A stretch of 64,000 nt of DNA from Octopus vulgaris (taxonomy: Eukaryota), in contig OX597819.1 in assembly GCA_951406725.2 (NCBI GenBank), positions 12,958,001 through 13,022,000 of the forward strand, written 5' to 3'. Positions 24,350 through 37,107 of the stretch are shown one piece after another (position 1 is the first letter of the stretch; each line of letters begins with the position of its first letter). Both the position numbers and the translations under genes were made by a program. The notes beneath the pieces were generated by a model. The model ran no database searches and was not told the origin of the DNA. It saw nothing but the letters and a program-made list of their open reading frames with translations.

Positions 24350-24567
24350 CAGGGATGGGCAACTTTTCATCAACTGGGGGCCACATCATACCATTTCCAA
24401 GTGGAAGAGGGCCGCATGATAAAGCACATATGCATAAAATATTACTGGCCCACTTTACACTGAATTTTTTGCAGTCCTTCATTTTGTTTTAGTATGAAAG
24501 TTTATTTGTCTTAGTATGAAATTAGTACCCTAGAAACTCATCAAGGGCCATAGGTTGCCCATGCATA
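24350..24567. mobile_element. hAT-type MITE
   Basis: TIR CAGGGATGGGCAAC / GTTGCCCATGCATA; 8-bp TSD CTCTAGAA at 24342-24349 and 24568-24575. Confidence 0.8.
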
Positions 24568-25469
24568 CTCTAGAACTTGCTTTAAATCAAGGCTATTTAT
24601 GTTCTGATAATGAGTGGTCACTTGGTCAGTAGATCTTCTTAAGTGGTCAACAATCAATGGCAAGATGAGCTGCTATGGATCACACTATTCTGAATATACA
24701 CATGTGTATACATGTGAGTGGGGACCATGTGGGAACTCGTATTCCCACTAAAACTCTAAACATGAACTCTACACCTCAACAGTGAATGGCGACTACAGCT
24801 AAGACATCCATGCGATCCAGTGTGTTTGCTCTCTGAGTGCGGCATTTGTTGGGCTGCAGCCAGAAGCATTACTCTGCCTGCTGGTCAGATTTGCAATCTG
24901 GATTACAGCCTTGACTGGAGATGACTGCTGGATGTGGTCAGCATATGTGATGGCTGTGGCAAACTCATTGGTCAGAACCATTTCACATCTCCCCCTTCCT
25001 TCCCAAGTGAATGCCACCAATAATGTTATGATGATGTCGGGGTGTGCATAAGTGTGTAGAATAGTATTACCGAAATAAATATTTGGATATGGTTATCTAG
25101 AATAACCTTTTGCGTACTTCACCAAACATAGGTACAGTAATAAACTAATACAATAATCTAATATGAATGATCAACGCTGTCAGCTGTCCACTGTCAACTG
25201 CCGATAATTCTTTATTTCATTGAAATATGTCAGTCCACTTTTAGTCACGTGAGGGTGGTCAGGATCCTTCTACAAAAACGTTTGAATTTTATAAGGAGTA
25301 GGTTAACTTTCTTGAGAGACACTAAATGAAGAGTAAATTTCTTATAATGATGATGATAATAATAATAATAATAATAACAATATTATAATGGCGGTGCCCC
25401 AGCATGGCCACAGCTCGTGAGCTGAAACTAGATAGAATAAATAAAAAAAAAATAATAATAATAATAATA

Positions 25470-25955
25470 ATAATAGAGAACCTTGCACAAAAAGAATACA
25501 AGTGCCGCCAAGATAAAGTGTGTGTATCTTCATTGGCTCTTATGCTGTAAATACCAATATGAAGTAACAGAGAACTGGTATGAGCATGTACCAAGTAAAG
25601 TTATGCTGGAGGATGGAAAAGTAATGATACTCTGGGACTATGGTTTTTCAGACGGATCGTGTGATCGAACACTGTCGGCTGAATATTGTCATATTGAATA
25701 AGAGAGACAAATACTGTCAGATCATTGATGTAGCCATACCAAATGACATGAATGTTGTGAGTAAAGAGGTTGAAAAAATCACCAAGGGATCCAAATTGAA
25801 AGTGCAAATGGCAAGACTGTATGGAATGCGAGAAGGTAATGTAAAAGTGATACCAGTGGTGATCTGGGCTTTGGGCTCAATCCCATTGAAACTTCAAGAC
25901 TTCTTAAGGCAACTGGAAATCCCATGCAAGATTGATATCTTGCAAAAAGCAACCT
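25470..25955 (+). mobile_element. Dong/R4 RLE domain remnant (frameshifted)
   Basis: LAQKEYK..YLHWLLC..WYEHVP..ILWD / QTDRVIEH..IIDVAIP..IPVVIWALG; follows (TAA)n. Confidence 0.85.
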
Positions 25956-26150
25956 TAGGAAGGAAGGAGGGAGGGAGGGAGGAAGGGAGGAAGCAAAGAA
26001 GGAAGGAAGGAAGGAAGGAAGGAAGGAAGGAGGGAAGGAGGGAAGGAAGGAAGGAAGGAAGGAGGGAAGGAAAGAAGGAGGGAAGGAGGGAAGGAAGGCA
26101 GAATGGATGGATTGATGATGATGATGATGACAATGACGATGACGATGATG
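25956..26150. repeat. (GGAA/GGGA)n then (GAT)n microsatellite
   Basis: Direct inspection. Confidence 0.95.
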
Positions 26151-26800
26151 AAATTATTGTGTATAGTGCTCAGGTGCACTACAACTCATCAATTTGAGGG
26201 CACCACTCATGTGTATCTTCTTTGGTGTGCTCAGTGTGGCAGTAAATCAAACTGAAACAGTAATAATTCTCTATGATATTGGGTGGTGCCTAGAACCAAG
26301 AACCATTTCAGATTAAGAAAACAAAACTAAAATAAAAAACAAAAAAAATCATAGCAACAAGCATATATGAAGAACACAAGAGTGCTATTTTGAATGCAAT
26401 TCAGAGAAATGGTAAAAGAGTTCTGTGTCACCCATTGATTAATCTAAGAGTTATTTTTGGATGAAGAGGAAGATGACAATGAATTATTATGATGAATTCT
26501 TGGAGGGAGACCACAGAAGCATCAGTAATTAAATATAAGGAAATGAGTGGTGGTGGTCACACATGGATGGGTTCTTAGAATATTGGCCTACAAACTAAAC
26601 AGGCAACTAAATGATGTGGTTCTAGATTCCCAGGTGATTAAAAGGTGAGATGATCATGGTGGAATGCAGGAAATAATAACTAAATTCCTTTTAAATTACA
26701 CTCTATCACCTCTACACAGGACATACTAAATGATGTGGTTCTAGATTCCCAGGTGATTAAAAGGTGAGATGATCATGGTTAGAATGTCTTTTATTGCATA

Positions 26801-27063
26801 CTAGCAGTATCGCCCGGCGTTGCTCAGGTTTGTAAGCATTTTTAGAGATGTAAAGTATAATAGCCATCTCAATATGGCTAACCACAAAGGGGGGTTACTG
26901 TAGCTTTTTACATTCTGAGATTTAATAATAAATTTTTAGAGAGTTACTTCCCTTATATATGCCAAAAATGCATTAAAAATGGGAAAAATTGATGGTAATT
27001 TTTTTTTTAAATCGTAGACTCATTGTAGACGTGCGCACACAACCTTACTTTTATATATGAAGA
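26801..27063 (-). mobile_element. Non-autonomous Helitron
   Basis: Minus strand starts A|TC and ends with hairpin CCTGAGC-AAC-GCCGGG, then CTAG|T. Confidence 0.8.
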
Positions 27064-27583
27064 TTTTCATTTTGTTTGTGATATTACAAACTCACTGCAA
27101 GAGGACTATTGTATTGAGACCTATGCATAAATTTGAACCCTAACTCACAGAATTTCCCAGTCTAGAGCCATGAACAAATGTACCTCCATAAAAAGAAAAA
27201 GTACTCAATCCTCTGTGAATATAACTCAACCACTCAACACTGGCTGGCTCATAGCTGAAGAGATAGATTACATAGGAAGTATGCTTGTTTTCCTACCAAA
27301 AAGTTTGGCTGAAGATTCTAAAAGATGGCTTACAGCTATAAAAGTGGGAAAATTCACCCTCAGGTCAGAGTGCCACTAATCATCTGAGGGAATCTGTTAC
27401 TCATCTCAGTGAGTTGGTCTCTCTCCTTCTTTTTACTCTCCTTATGTAATATGCTTATGATGTGGTTGACAAAAGCACTAACCTCAACTTGTACAGTTGA
27501 GTATTAAAAACATGCATTAATTAAGAGTAGAGATTTAAACTGTTTGCATTATTTGCATAATATTATTCAGAAAGTTATATACG

Positions 27584-27754
27584 TGTGCAGGAGTGGCTGT
27601 ATGGTAAGTAGCTTGCTTACCAACCACATGGTTCAGGGTTCAGTCCCACTGTGTGGCACCTTGGGCAAGTGTCTTCTACTATAGCCTCGGGCTAATCAAA
27701 GCCTTGTGGGTGGATTTGGTAGATGGAAACTGAACGAAGCTCGTTGTATCTATG

Positions 27755-27787
<33 letters not shown>

Positions 27788-27985
27788 TTGTGTCTGTGTT
27801 TGTCCCCACCAACATCGCTTGACAACCGATGCTGGTGTGCTTGCGTCCCTATAACTTAGCGATTTGGCAAAAGAGACTGATAGAATAAGTACTAGGCTTA
27901 CAAAGAATAAGTCCTGGGGTCGATTTGCTCGACTAAAGGTGGTGCTCAGCATGATCGCAGTCAAATGACTGAAACAAGTAAAAGA
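27584..27985 (+). mobile_element. SINE-A
   Basis: Matches consensus. Confidence 0.9.
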
Positions 27986-28276
27986 GAGAGAGAGTACAGA
28001 ATATTCCCTAATCGTTATGTTTACTGAACATAAATCCATTAATCTAATGGATGTAGATTTGGAAATGTAATGATGCTAGTTAATAAAATATTTGAATGTT
28101 CAATTAAAGTCTAACATGACCAGTGTCTACACATGCAACCTACCTCACATTATGAACAATCAGTGAGGACCATACGACTAACTACCACCATACTAAAAGG
28201 GTAAACCTTCTTTTATAAGTCTATTCTTGTAGTATATTCGTTATATCTGGTTATGATTTGGTTCAAATTTAATAAT

Positions 28277-28662
28277 GGATGGAAGCACTCCGTCGGTTAC
28301 GACGACGAGGGTTCCGGTTGATCCGAATCAACAGAACAGCCTGCTCATGAAATTAACGTGTAAGTGGCTGAGCACTCCACAGACACGTGTACCCTTAACG
28401 TAGTTCTCGGGAATATTCAGCGTGACACAGAGAGTGACAAGGCCGGCCCTTTGAAATACAGGTACAACAGAAACAGGAAGTAAGAGTGAGAGAAAGTTGT
28501 GGTGAAAGATACACCAGGGATCACCACCATCCCCTGCAGGAGCCTCGTGGAGCTTTTAGGTGTTTTCGCTCAATAAACACTCACAACACCCGGTCTGGGA
28601 ATCGAAACCGCGATCCTATGACCGCGAGTCCACTGCCCTAACCACTGGGCCATTTCACCTCC
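28277..28662 (-). mobile_element. tRNA-derived SINE family D (long tail)
   Basis: Reverse complement of 57529-57913; TSD AAATTTAATAAT at 28265-28276 and 28663-28674. Confidence 0.92.
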
Positions 28663-29222
28663 AAATTTAATAATACACAATCAGAAAAGCAAAGATTAAA
28701 TCAAGTTGAATTAATATTATGTCTGTTTAATAATGTAAAGACTACCTCTACAAGATAGTTTGTCTCACAGACAAGACAACAGATGTCTGGTCCAGGCTTG
28801 TTTCTAATTTCTCCCCCAAATTGATGTCTATAAAATCTAATACAATATTATTAACATTAAAATCTTATCAGTTCATTCATAATTGCAGCAGAAATGTTTT
28901 CTAAGAAATCATTATAAGACATAGAATGGAATCTTCTTCTTCTTCACTCCTTTTTCTTCATAACATTTTGGATAGAAGGTTTGGTTATAAGGACAGTTGC
29001 AGGTCTAATTATTCTTAAAGCTAAGAATAAACTGGGAATCATTTGTTATGAAGCTTTTTCTGAAACTTGTGGTCCCAAGTTCAGTCCTATTGCAAAGCAC
29101 CATGGGCAAGTTCTTTCCACTATAGGCCCTGGCCAACAAAAGCCTTGTGAGCAGATGTAGTAGATGGCAACAGACACACAACTTCACTTTTATATATAAA
29201 GATATATATATATATGTATATA

Positions 29223-29856
29223 TGTGGTCTGATCAATAAGTATCTGGACTGTTGCTATAGTAACAAAGCTAAACCATGCAGAGTGAAGCCACTTGGCACA
29301 GATTGACTTTGAACTCTGCTGTGCATGTGCACTAAGTTTTAATGCTCTAGTTCACTTCTGCTGTTTACAGCAGTACCTGGAAGGAAGGTGTGTAGCGAGT
29401 GATTGTTGCATTAACCATCACAGATAAAGTTGAGCAGAGAATCTGCATGAAATCTTGCCAAAAGTTTGACGATACCTGCTCAGAGGCCTATGAAAGGTTT
29501 TCAAAAAACTTTCATCCTGCTTGACACAATCAAGGAGATCTTGTGCAACTGAAACATGAGTGTCCTTTTGGTCAGCTGAAAGCAGTTTTAGCACAAAATT
29601 AGCAGGCACACATCTCATACCCAAATCTTCAGTTATGATGGACTGAACTGAACTGTAACTAATCTGCACATCCTCTAATTCACAGATGGTGATTTGACAA
29701 TTTCCCCTCACAGCTGCATGCACATCTGCGATGTTTTTCTCAGTTCTGCTGGTTTCAGCAGAGGTCAAGGTCAATCTGTACCAAACAGCTTTACTTTGCA
29801 TGCTTTAGTGTTGTTACTAATGGCAACAGTCCGGATACTTTTAATATCATCTATGG
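29223..29856. mobile_element. Non-autonomous mariner with internally inverted transposase remnants
   Basis: Imperfect ~60-bp TIRs. Plus strand DKVEQRICMK..DTCSEAY; minus strand TSRTEKNI..ITEDLGMR..FVLKLLSADQK. Confidence 0.8.
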
Positions 29857-30264
29857 TAAATATTTTTAAATGATGATATTAACAGTAGTAACAGAGGCAG
29901 TTGAACAGGTCAAATAACATAAAATAGCGATAAAATTTAAAGTTAGCACGAGGCACAAGGATGAGGAAACAGCATTGTCCTGTTTAGAAATAGGAGCTAA
30001 ATCCCTAATATACAACTGCCAGAAAGCACCAAATAACAGACGGTAAGGAATATATATATATATACAAATATAAAAATGGAACAAAAACGCAATAGAGGGC
30101 ATTAACGCAATAGAGGGCATTAAAACATTCAGACAGATAGACGACACAAAGGCGGACAAGAGAAACAACAATTAGAAGGACAGACAAAAAAGGAAAGGTC
30201 ATTCTTGGCTATCTTTCATCAGTCAAGTGCCAGAAGTCACGACCATTTCAGACAGTTACATATA

Positions 30265-30895
30265 TCAGGTCATCCCATAAGTTCTGTCCAATTTTACCTT
30301 TTTAAAAATTGAATGAAATTTAATAGTATTTTAGAATGTCTAATGGAATTAAAAATTATTTTTATGCATTTGTGTACATTTAAACTAATTAAATATTATT
30401 TTACAGAATAATAGAATTATAATTTCTTTGATTAAAACCCTTTCTAACATGGAAGTATCCAACGAGCATTTGAGGCACATAATGCTTTATGAGTACAATC
30501 AAAAAGGAGTGATGTTTCATCAGGACAATGTGCAGCCCCACACTGCAAAGATCACATCACAGAAGATCGAAGAGCTTGGTTTGAAAAAAATTCCTCATCC
30601 ACCTTATTCTCCCGAACTTGCTCCTTCAAACTACCATTTGTTTCGTAGTTTACAGAATCATTTGGGGGACATAACTTTCACAAGCCAGGAGGAGGTCAAA
30701 ACTGACATTTCAGAGTTCTTCGCTTTGAAACCAAAAGAGTTTTACATTGATGGAATTAAAAAGCTTGTAAATAGATGGAAGGAAGTCATAGATAATCAGG
30801 GAAAGTACATTGATGATTAAATTTCAATTAAATATAACATCTGATCACTTGTTTTATTCATTCAAAATTCGGACAGAACTTATGGGATGACCTGA
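30265..30895 (+). mobile_element. Internally deleted mariner (D,D34D type) element
   Basis: TA|TCAGGTCATCCCATAAGTTCTGTCC..GGACAGAACTTATGGGATGACCTGA|TA. ORF 30428..30820 fuses HLRHIMLYEY to FHQDN..HPPYSPELAPSNYHLF..RWKEVIDNQGKYIDD. Confidence 0.95.
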
Positions 30896-31221
30896 TATAT
30901 ATATATATATATATAATAGGAAGCTTTACGAAAATAAACAAAAGACGAAGGCAGGTGGAGTACAAACAAACAATTGTATTAGTATGGCGCTCAGGAATAG
31001 AAATACAGAGGAAAAAGGGCAACACCTATAACCTTGTTTTGCAGAGTCTTTGGGAAGAAGGAATAAAGTTTATATTCAGCTCAAAGATCTTCCTAGAAAT
31101 GTTTGCAACAAAATGGACTTAATATACCCAAGAATAAAACGGTGGGATGGAACTGGACAATAGGTTTTCGTTAGTCAGCCAGGAATTGGTTCAGACCAAT
31201 ATATATATATATATATATCTA

Positions 31222-31442
31222 TGAGGGGTTGTTGAAAAGTTCCTGGCTTAAACGTGTTGTGAAAGACCTGGTTGGTGGCCCAGCCTTTTGGATTCTTTTT
31301 ACAAGGCTTAGAAAAACTGTAGGACTGCTATAATAAGTGTGTGAATCTGAGAGGGGAATATGTTCAATAAAATCATAATTAAATGATCCTCTTGTATTTT
31401 TTTTTTTTTACCTGAAGCCAGGAACTTTTCAGTAACACCTAG
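31222..31442. mobile_element. mariner-type MITE
   Basis: TIR gaggggttgttgaaaagttcctggctt / aagccaggaacttttcagtaacacct with TA flanks. Confidence 0.8.
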
Positions 31443-31534
31443 TATATGTGTGTGTGCGTGTGTGTGTTAAATAAAATGACACAACAAAGCCAAGGCTGTG
31501 TGGAATTTTCAGGACATTTATAATGAGAAAGTTA

Positions 31535-31582
31535 GTCTTACAGCCGTTTCTGGGACATTAGGAATATCTCTTCATCAGAGAC
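31535..31582 (-). ncRNA. Minimal type-I hammerhead motif
   Basis: GTCT-CTGATGA-aGAGATAT-tccta-ATGTCCCa-GAAA-C-GGCT-G-TA-AGAC. Confidence 0.6.
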
Positions 31583-31718
31583 AATATGAGAGAGTTAAAT
31601 AGAGGGAAATAGTAGTGTTCAATATGAGGAGTTATTTTGGAAAAGGAGGCAAATATGGAGTATATATAACTCCTCATATTGAACTCTAATATTTCCCCCT
31701 ATTTAACCATCTCTCATC

Positions 31719-31766
31719 GTCTCTGATGAAGGGATATCCCTAATATCTCAGAAACAGATGTAAGAC
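31719..31766 (+). ncRNA. Minimal type-I hammerhead motif
   Basis: GTCT-CTGATGA-aGGGATAT-cccta-ATATCTCa-GAAA-C-AGAT-G-TA-AGAC. Confidence 0.68.
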
Positions 31767-32143
31767 TAATTTTCTCTTTATAAATGTCCTGAAAACTCCT
31801 CACAGCCTTGGTTTTGTTGTCTCATCTTATTTAACATATACATGCTCAAACAAGACCCGCATTAGACTCCTCATTCATATCATCATTGAACCGAGAGTCT
31901 AACTACGGTCCTTCCATAGCACTTACATAGCCCTACCTGCCACCTTGGGTCTTCTGGATACCAATACCTCTCATATATATGAAGGGGTGATGAAAGCCAG
32001 GAACTTTTCAGCATATACCCCCTTGTGTATATGTCAGTTGTAGGGTGAAATTTGAATTTCTAACCAAAAAATATTAGACTTTTAGTCTAGGTACTTCGTT
32101 AATGATGATCAAAGATAACGATAAATAAATAAAATAACATAAA

Positions 32144-32309
32144 AGGCGCAGGAGTGGCTGTGTGGTAAGTAGCTTGCTAACCAACTACATGGTTCTGGGT
32201 TCAGTCCCACTGCATGGCATCTTGGGCAAGTGTCTTCTGCTATAGCCTCGGGCCGACCAATGCCTTGTGAGTGGATTTGGTAGACGGAAACTGAAAGAAG
32301 CCTGTTGTA

Positions 32310-32350
<41 letters not shown>

Positions 32351-32725
32351 CTGTGTTTGTTCCCCTAGCATTGCTTGACAACCGATGCTGGTGTGTTTAC
32401 GTCCCCGTCATTTAGCGGTTCGGCAAATGACACCGATAGAATAGACCAATGCCTTGTGAGTGGATTTGGTAGACGGAAACTGAAAGAAGCCTGTTGTATA
32501 CATGTATATATATATGTGTGTCTGTGTTTGTCCCCCTAGCATTGCTTGACAACCAATGCTGGTGTGTTTACGTCCCTGTAACTTAGCGGTTCAGCAAATG
32601 ACACCGATAGAATAAGTACTGGGCTTACAAAGAATAAGTCCCGGGGGTCGATTTGCTCGATTGAAAAGGTGGTGCTCCAGCATGGCCGCAGTCAAATGAC
32701 TGAAACAAGTAAAAGAGTAAAAGAG
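32144..32725 (+). mobile_element. SINE-A with an internal tandem duplication of ~170-190 bp
   Basis: Segment gaccaatgccttgtgag..gatagaata is present twice (from ~32256 and ~32444). Confidence 0.92.
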
Positions 32726-33647
32726 CAAAAATGGTTCAGGTAAAAATATAAAAAATAAGACAAAAAGACAAGTTTAATAATAATTTAGAGGAAATAACTT
32801 CAAAGTAGGAGGAAGTTGTTTGTAAACAGATTTTTATGGAATGAACGATTACTTGTTCTGTAAGAAACTAACAGCCTAACTCCAGCTCTTTTCATGGCTA
32901 ATTCTGTAACTAATACCAGATTATTTCCTGAAAGACAGCCGCTATTTCTAAACAAACAACACGTTTGTTGGTTCGTTTGTTTGTGTTTTTATTGGAAAAA
33001 GTAGCAATATTCCCAGATATTCTTTAGTTTGATGTAATTAAACGCTGCGCTGACGAAGGACCTCCAAAATGTTTGTAATTTTATACAATACTCAAATATC
33101 GATTGTCAAAAACAACACAGGTCGAAATATTTGTTACACAGAACTTTATATTTTTATATATTTAAAAAGTTTTTTTTTTTTGTTTTTTTGGGGGGTTTTT
33201 TGTTATGATTTAGTGTTGGAAGGAAAGGGACCATGACTTTGCAAGGGTCTCTGAACTATGCAAGGATCAAAATAATTTTAGTAAGAGTTTAAGAGATAGA
33301 AATAGCTTCAGTTTTAGTAAATATTATCAAAAATACCTGTCAGATCGATTTTTCTTTTTTGTTTTTAAACTTAATTTTTTAGTTTTTGTTCTTTTCTTCC
33401 TGTTTACATGCATTTTCCTACGTTAACATGAATGATACAAACACTCACACATACATACATACATTCATATATACACAAACACACATGCATACATATATAC
33501 ATACACAGACATACATGCATACTCATACTTATACACCCCCTCCACACATACACATACATGCATGCATACATACATACGAACATGTGTGTACGAGTATATT
33601 GTTGATACAAATACATACTCTCTTGATTCTGGTTTTCAACAGTAGGG

Positions 33648-33845
33648 CATGATGATGATGATGGTAGTGGTGATGATGATGATGGTGATGATGATAGTGG
33701 TGGTGATAATGGTGGTGGTAATGATGATGATGGTGGTGGTGATGATGATGATGATGACGATGATGATAGTGGTAATGATGATGGTGGTGATGATGATAGT
33801 GGTGATGATGGTGGTGGTGATGGTGGAGATGATGATGATGATGAC
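33648..33845. repeat. (GAT/GGT)n trinucleotide array
   Basis: Direct inspection. Confidence 0.95.
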
Positions 33846-33868
33846 AATGCAAGTAATATTCCTTATGG

Positions 33869-34631
33869 CATCATCATCATCATTGTTCGACTGTGGTCGA
33901 GACAAGGGAATTTACTATGTTACGCCAGACTTCATGGTCCATCATAGCATTACGGAGGTCTTGTTGCTGGATGCCTGTATCCCTGGAGATTACATCAGGG
34001 TAGGAGAATGTGCGCCCTCTGGTATCGCGAGTAGATGGCTTCCAGAGGAGAAGAGTAGAAATCACCTCGTTTTCAGCTCTGCAACAATGTCCAGCAAACT
34101 GGACTCTTCTACCATTCACTAGAGATGATATGGGTGGTAGTTTCCCATATATTTGTGCTTTGGTTGGATGACACTTCCATGAGAGATTTTGAGCTCTCAT
34201 AAGGAGGCGAGAGTAAGTTCCATCCAACCGCCTCTCAAGCTTCTTTGATAACGTCCAGGTTTCTGAGCCATATAGTAGAATTGGTTCGACTGTGACTTTG
34301 AAGATTTTAAGTTTGAAATCTCTACTTAGATTTGATGACCAGATCTTATGCATATCTTTACAGGCTGACCAGTCCATACCCTTTCTAGTTAGAAAATCTT
34401 TTTCAGATGATGATATGTATGACCCAAGATATTTGTAATCAGAAACCATATTTAAGGGCGTATTGTTGAGATTATGGATGATGAAATCACTGTTGGACAA
34501 GCACTTGTTTACATATTCAGTCTTGGACTCATTGAGGTAAAGACCTACACAATTTGAGGCTTGTTCAAGAGATTGTAAAAGAGACTGGGCATTGGAGAGA
34601 GAATCACTGATAAAAGCGACGTCGTCAGCGA
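33869..34631 (-). mobile_element. 5'-truncated RTE-clade LINE (RT C-terminal part)
   Basis: ADDVAFI..GLYLNESKTEY..YKYLGSYI..ILLYGSETWTL..FAGHCCR..; open frame of about 250 codons; (TGA)n tail. Confidence 0.92.
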
Positions 34632-34947
34632 TGTTGATGGCTTAACCAGAGGAAAAAGGGCAACACCTATAACCTTGTTTTGCAGAGTCTTTGGGAGGAA
34701 GGAATAAAGTTTATATTTAGCCCAAAGATCTTCCTAGAAATGTTTGCAACAAAATGGACTTAATATACCCAAGAATAAAACGGTGGGATGGAACTGGACA
34801 ATAGGTTTTTGTTAGTCAGCCAGGAATTGGTTCTGACCATTGAAAGAGCATCTACATAGTTTCTCTCATTCCAGTCTCACTCACATGGCTATTGCCAGAA
34901 GATATAAACAGCTGTCATAGATAATATAAACATTTAAATACAAATAT

Positions 34948-35258
34948 GTGGAGGCGCAATGGCTCAGTGGTTAGGGCAGCGGACTCGCGGTCGTAGGATC
35001 GTGGTTTCAATTCCCAGACCGGGTGTTGTGAGTGTTTATTGAGCGAAAACACCTAAAGCTCCACGAATCTCCAGCAGGTGGGGGTGGCGACCCCTGCTCT
35101 ACTCTTTCGCCACAACTTTCTCTGACTCTTTCCTCTGTTGGCCTGCTCGCTTAGCCTGCAGGGTGGCGTCATTTGAAGGCTAAAACAATGTGAAGCGCAT
35201 TGTGGCCAGCGATGTGTAGCAACATCTGATAGCCTGGTCGGTCACGGTGATCACGGTG
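34948..35258 (+). mobile_element. tRNA-derived SINE, family D head with an alternative 3' tail
   Basis: Head as in 57529; TSD AAATACAAATAT at 34936-34947 and 35259-35270. Confidence 0.92.
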
Positions 35259-35589
35259 AAATACAAATATAAATATATAATAATAAATACATAAATATAA
35301 ATAGCTTAATCTATGCAGTTCATCACAAGAGGAAGTAGGAACTTGTCTCATCCTCATTGACTCCTCTTCATTTCTGAGTATTTCCTTCTTCATTTGTATT
35401 TCCTGATTTATGCTGGTGCCTGTGATGGCTGGCAAGGCTGATTTTTTGCATGGAACAATTGTCCACAGAAGTCATATCTGATGGTCGGTGAAGGCCTTGG
35501 GTAAAGTTGGTAGGTCTTTCATCATAGATGTTTATCTTTATTTTTTTTTTAATGATATTCTTTAAACTGTTCTCTGCTGATCTTGATAA

Positions 35590-35950
35590 TATCATGCTAT
35601 GTTGCTTTTGGAAAACTTTCAGCATGTCTTTGGAATCAAGAACCTGAAACTACAAACCAAACTCATGGTGTATCAAGCCATGGTTGTTTGTACGTCACCC
35701 TACTTTGTGTGAATGGTATGTCTGGAAACAGGAGTTATTCCTTCAACAAAAACTGCCGCCAGTTACAAACATCAAATGGAACGACCATGTTAGCAAACTT
35801 CTGCTCCTTCAACAGGCCAAAACCAACAGCAATGATGCCATCATCATCACCAAACATTGTCTCAGATGGGTCGGCCATGTCCACTGAGCACTGGATCAAC
35901 CATTAAGCAAAGTAAATATGTGCTTAGGGCATCAAGAGAAGTGGAGCACC
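35590..35950 (+). mobile_element. Highly degenerate RTE remnant
   Basis: AFGKLSACLW and LRWVGHV motifs in different frames. Confidence 0.55.
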
Positions 35951-36178
35951 ACAGAAATGGTAAATGGTTTATGGTGCAAAAAAAAAAAAAATCACTTCAA
36001 ATTTGTTCAAAGAATAGTCAAAGTGGTTTATATGATCAGAAATAAATTTTGAAGTATTCATGGTTTCATAATGAAGATCTGATCGAAGAGTTTGCAATTA
36101 AAATAGTAAGACGAAACTTTTCAAATATAAATAAAGTGGAAGGATACAAAAATAGACATTATTTTCCATTTTACTGTT

Positions 36179-36575
36179 ACTCTTTACTCTTTTACTTGTT
36201 TCAGTCATTTTGACTGCGGCCATGCTGGAGCACCGCCTTTAATCGAGGAACTCGACCCCGGGACTTATTCTTTGTAAGCCCAGTACTTATTCTATCGGTC
36301 TCTTTTTGCCGAACCGCTAAGTAACGGGGACATAAACACACCAGCATCAGTTGTCAAGCAATGCTAAGGGACAAACACACACACGCATATATATATATAT
36401 ATACATATATAAGACAGGCTTCTTTCAGTTTCCGTCTACCAAATCCACTCACAAGGCTTTGGTCGGCCCGAGGCTATAGTAGAAGACACTTGCCCAAGGT
36501 GCCACGCAGTGGGACTGAACCCGGAACCATGTGGTTGATAGACAAGCTACTTACCACACAGCCACTCCTGCGCCT
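36179..36575 (-). mobile_element. SINE-A
   Basis: Matches consensus; ctgtta on both flanks. Confidence 0.92.
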
Positions 36576-36871
36576 GTTAGTGTTGTTTTATATTGAAAAA
36601 TATAAATTTATTTCATATTATTGTTTATATTTTGAATTACATTTATGTGGGAAGGAGGCACTAAAATCTTTCAAGTGCTTAGAGCTTCTGAGGGTCTTAA
36701 TCTGGCCGAAGGTCCAACCATACAGATAGCACCTGACTGCTACATCAAATTCTTTACAGTGAACTCAGCCCTGACAAGGGATCACATGACCGCTCCATGC
36801 AATGCTACAGAAACCAACTGAAATACAGAAACCTCATAAAAATGATCAACAGCTTGATAAAAATGATCAAT

Positions 36872-37037
36872 AGGCGCAGGAGTGGCTGTGTGGTAAGTAG
36901 CTTGTTTACCATCCACATGGTTCCGGGTTCAGTCCCACTGCGTGGCACCTTGGGCAAGTGTCTTCTACTATAGCCCCGGGCCGACCAAAGCCTTGTGAAT
37001 GGATTTGGTAGACGGAAACTGAAAGAAGCCCATCGTA

Positions 37038-37107
<70 letters not shown>

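Larger units (their letters stand above)
31466..31835. repeat. Diverged inverted repeat, ~170-bp arms (31466-31635 / 31666-31835), unique tail to ~31975
   Basis: Arms are imperfect reverse complements and each carries a hammerhead motif. Confidence 0.9.

Noticed and set aside
33046-33135. Hammerhead candidate CTGACGA..GACCT/AGGTC-GAAATATT as a called feature (likewise 47491-47541 and 15118-15185)
   Set aside because: Stem I or core too degraded; treated only as possible decayed relics.
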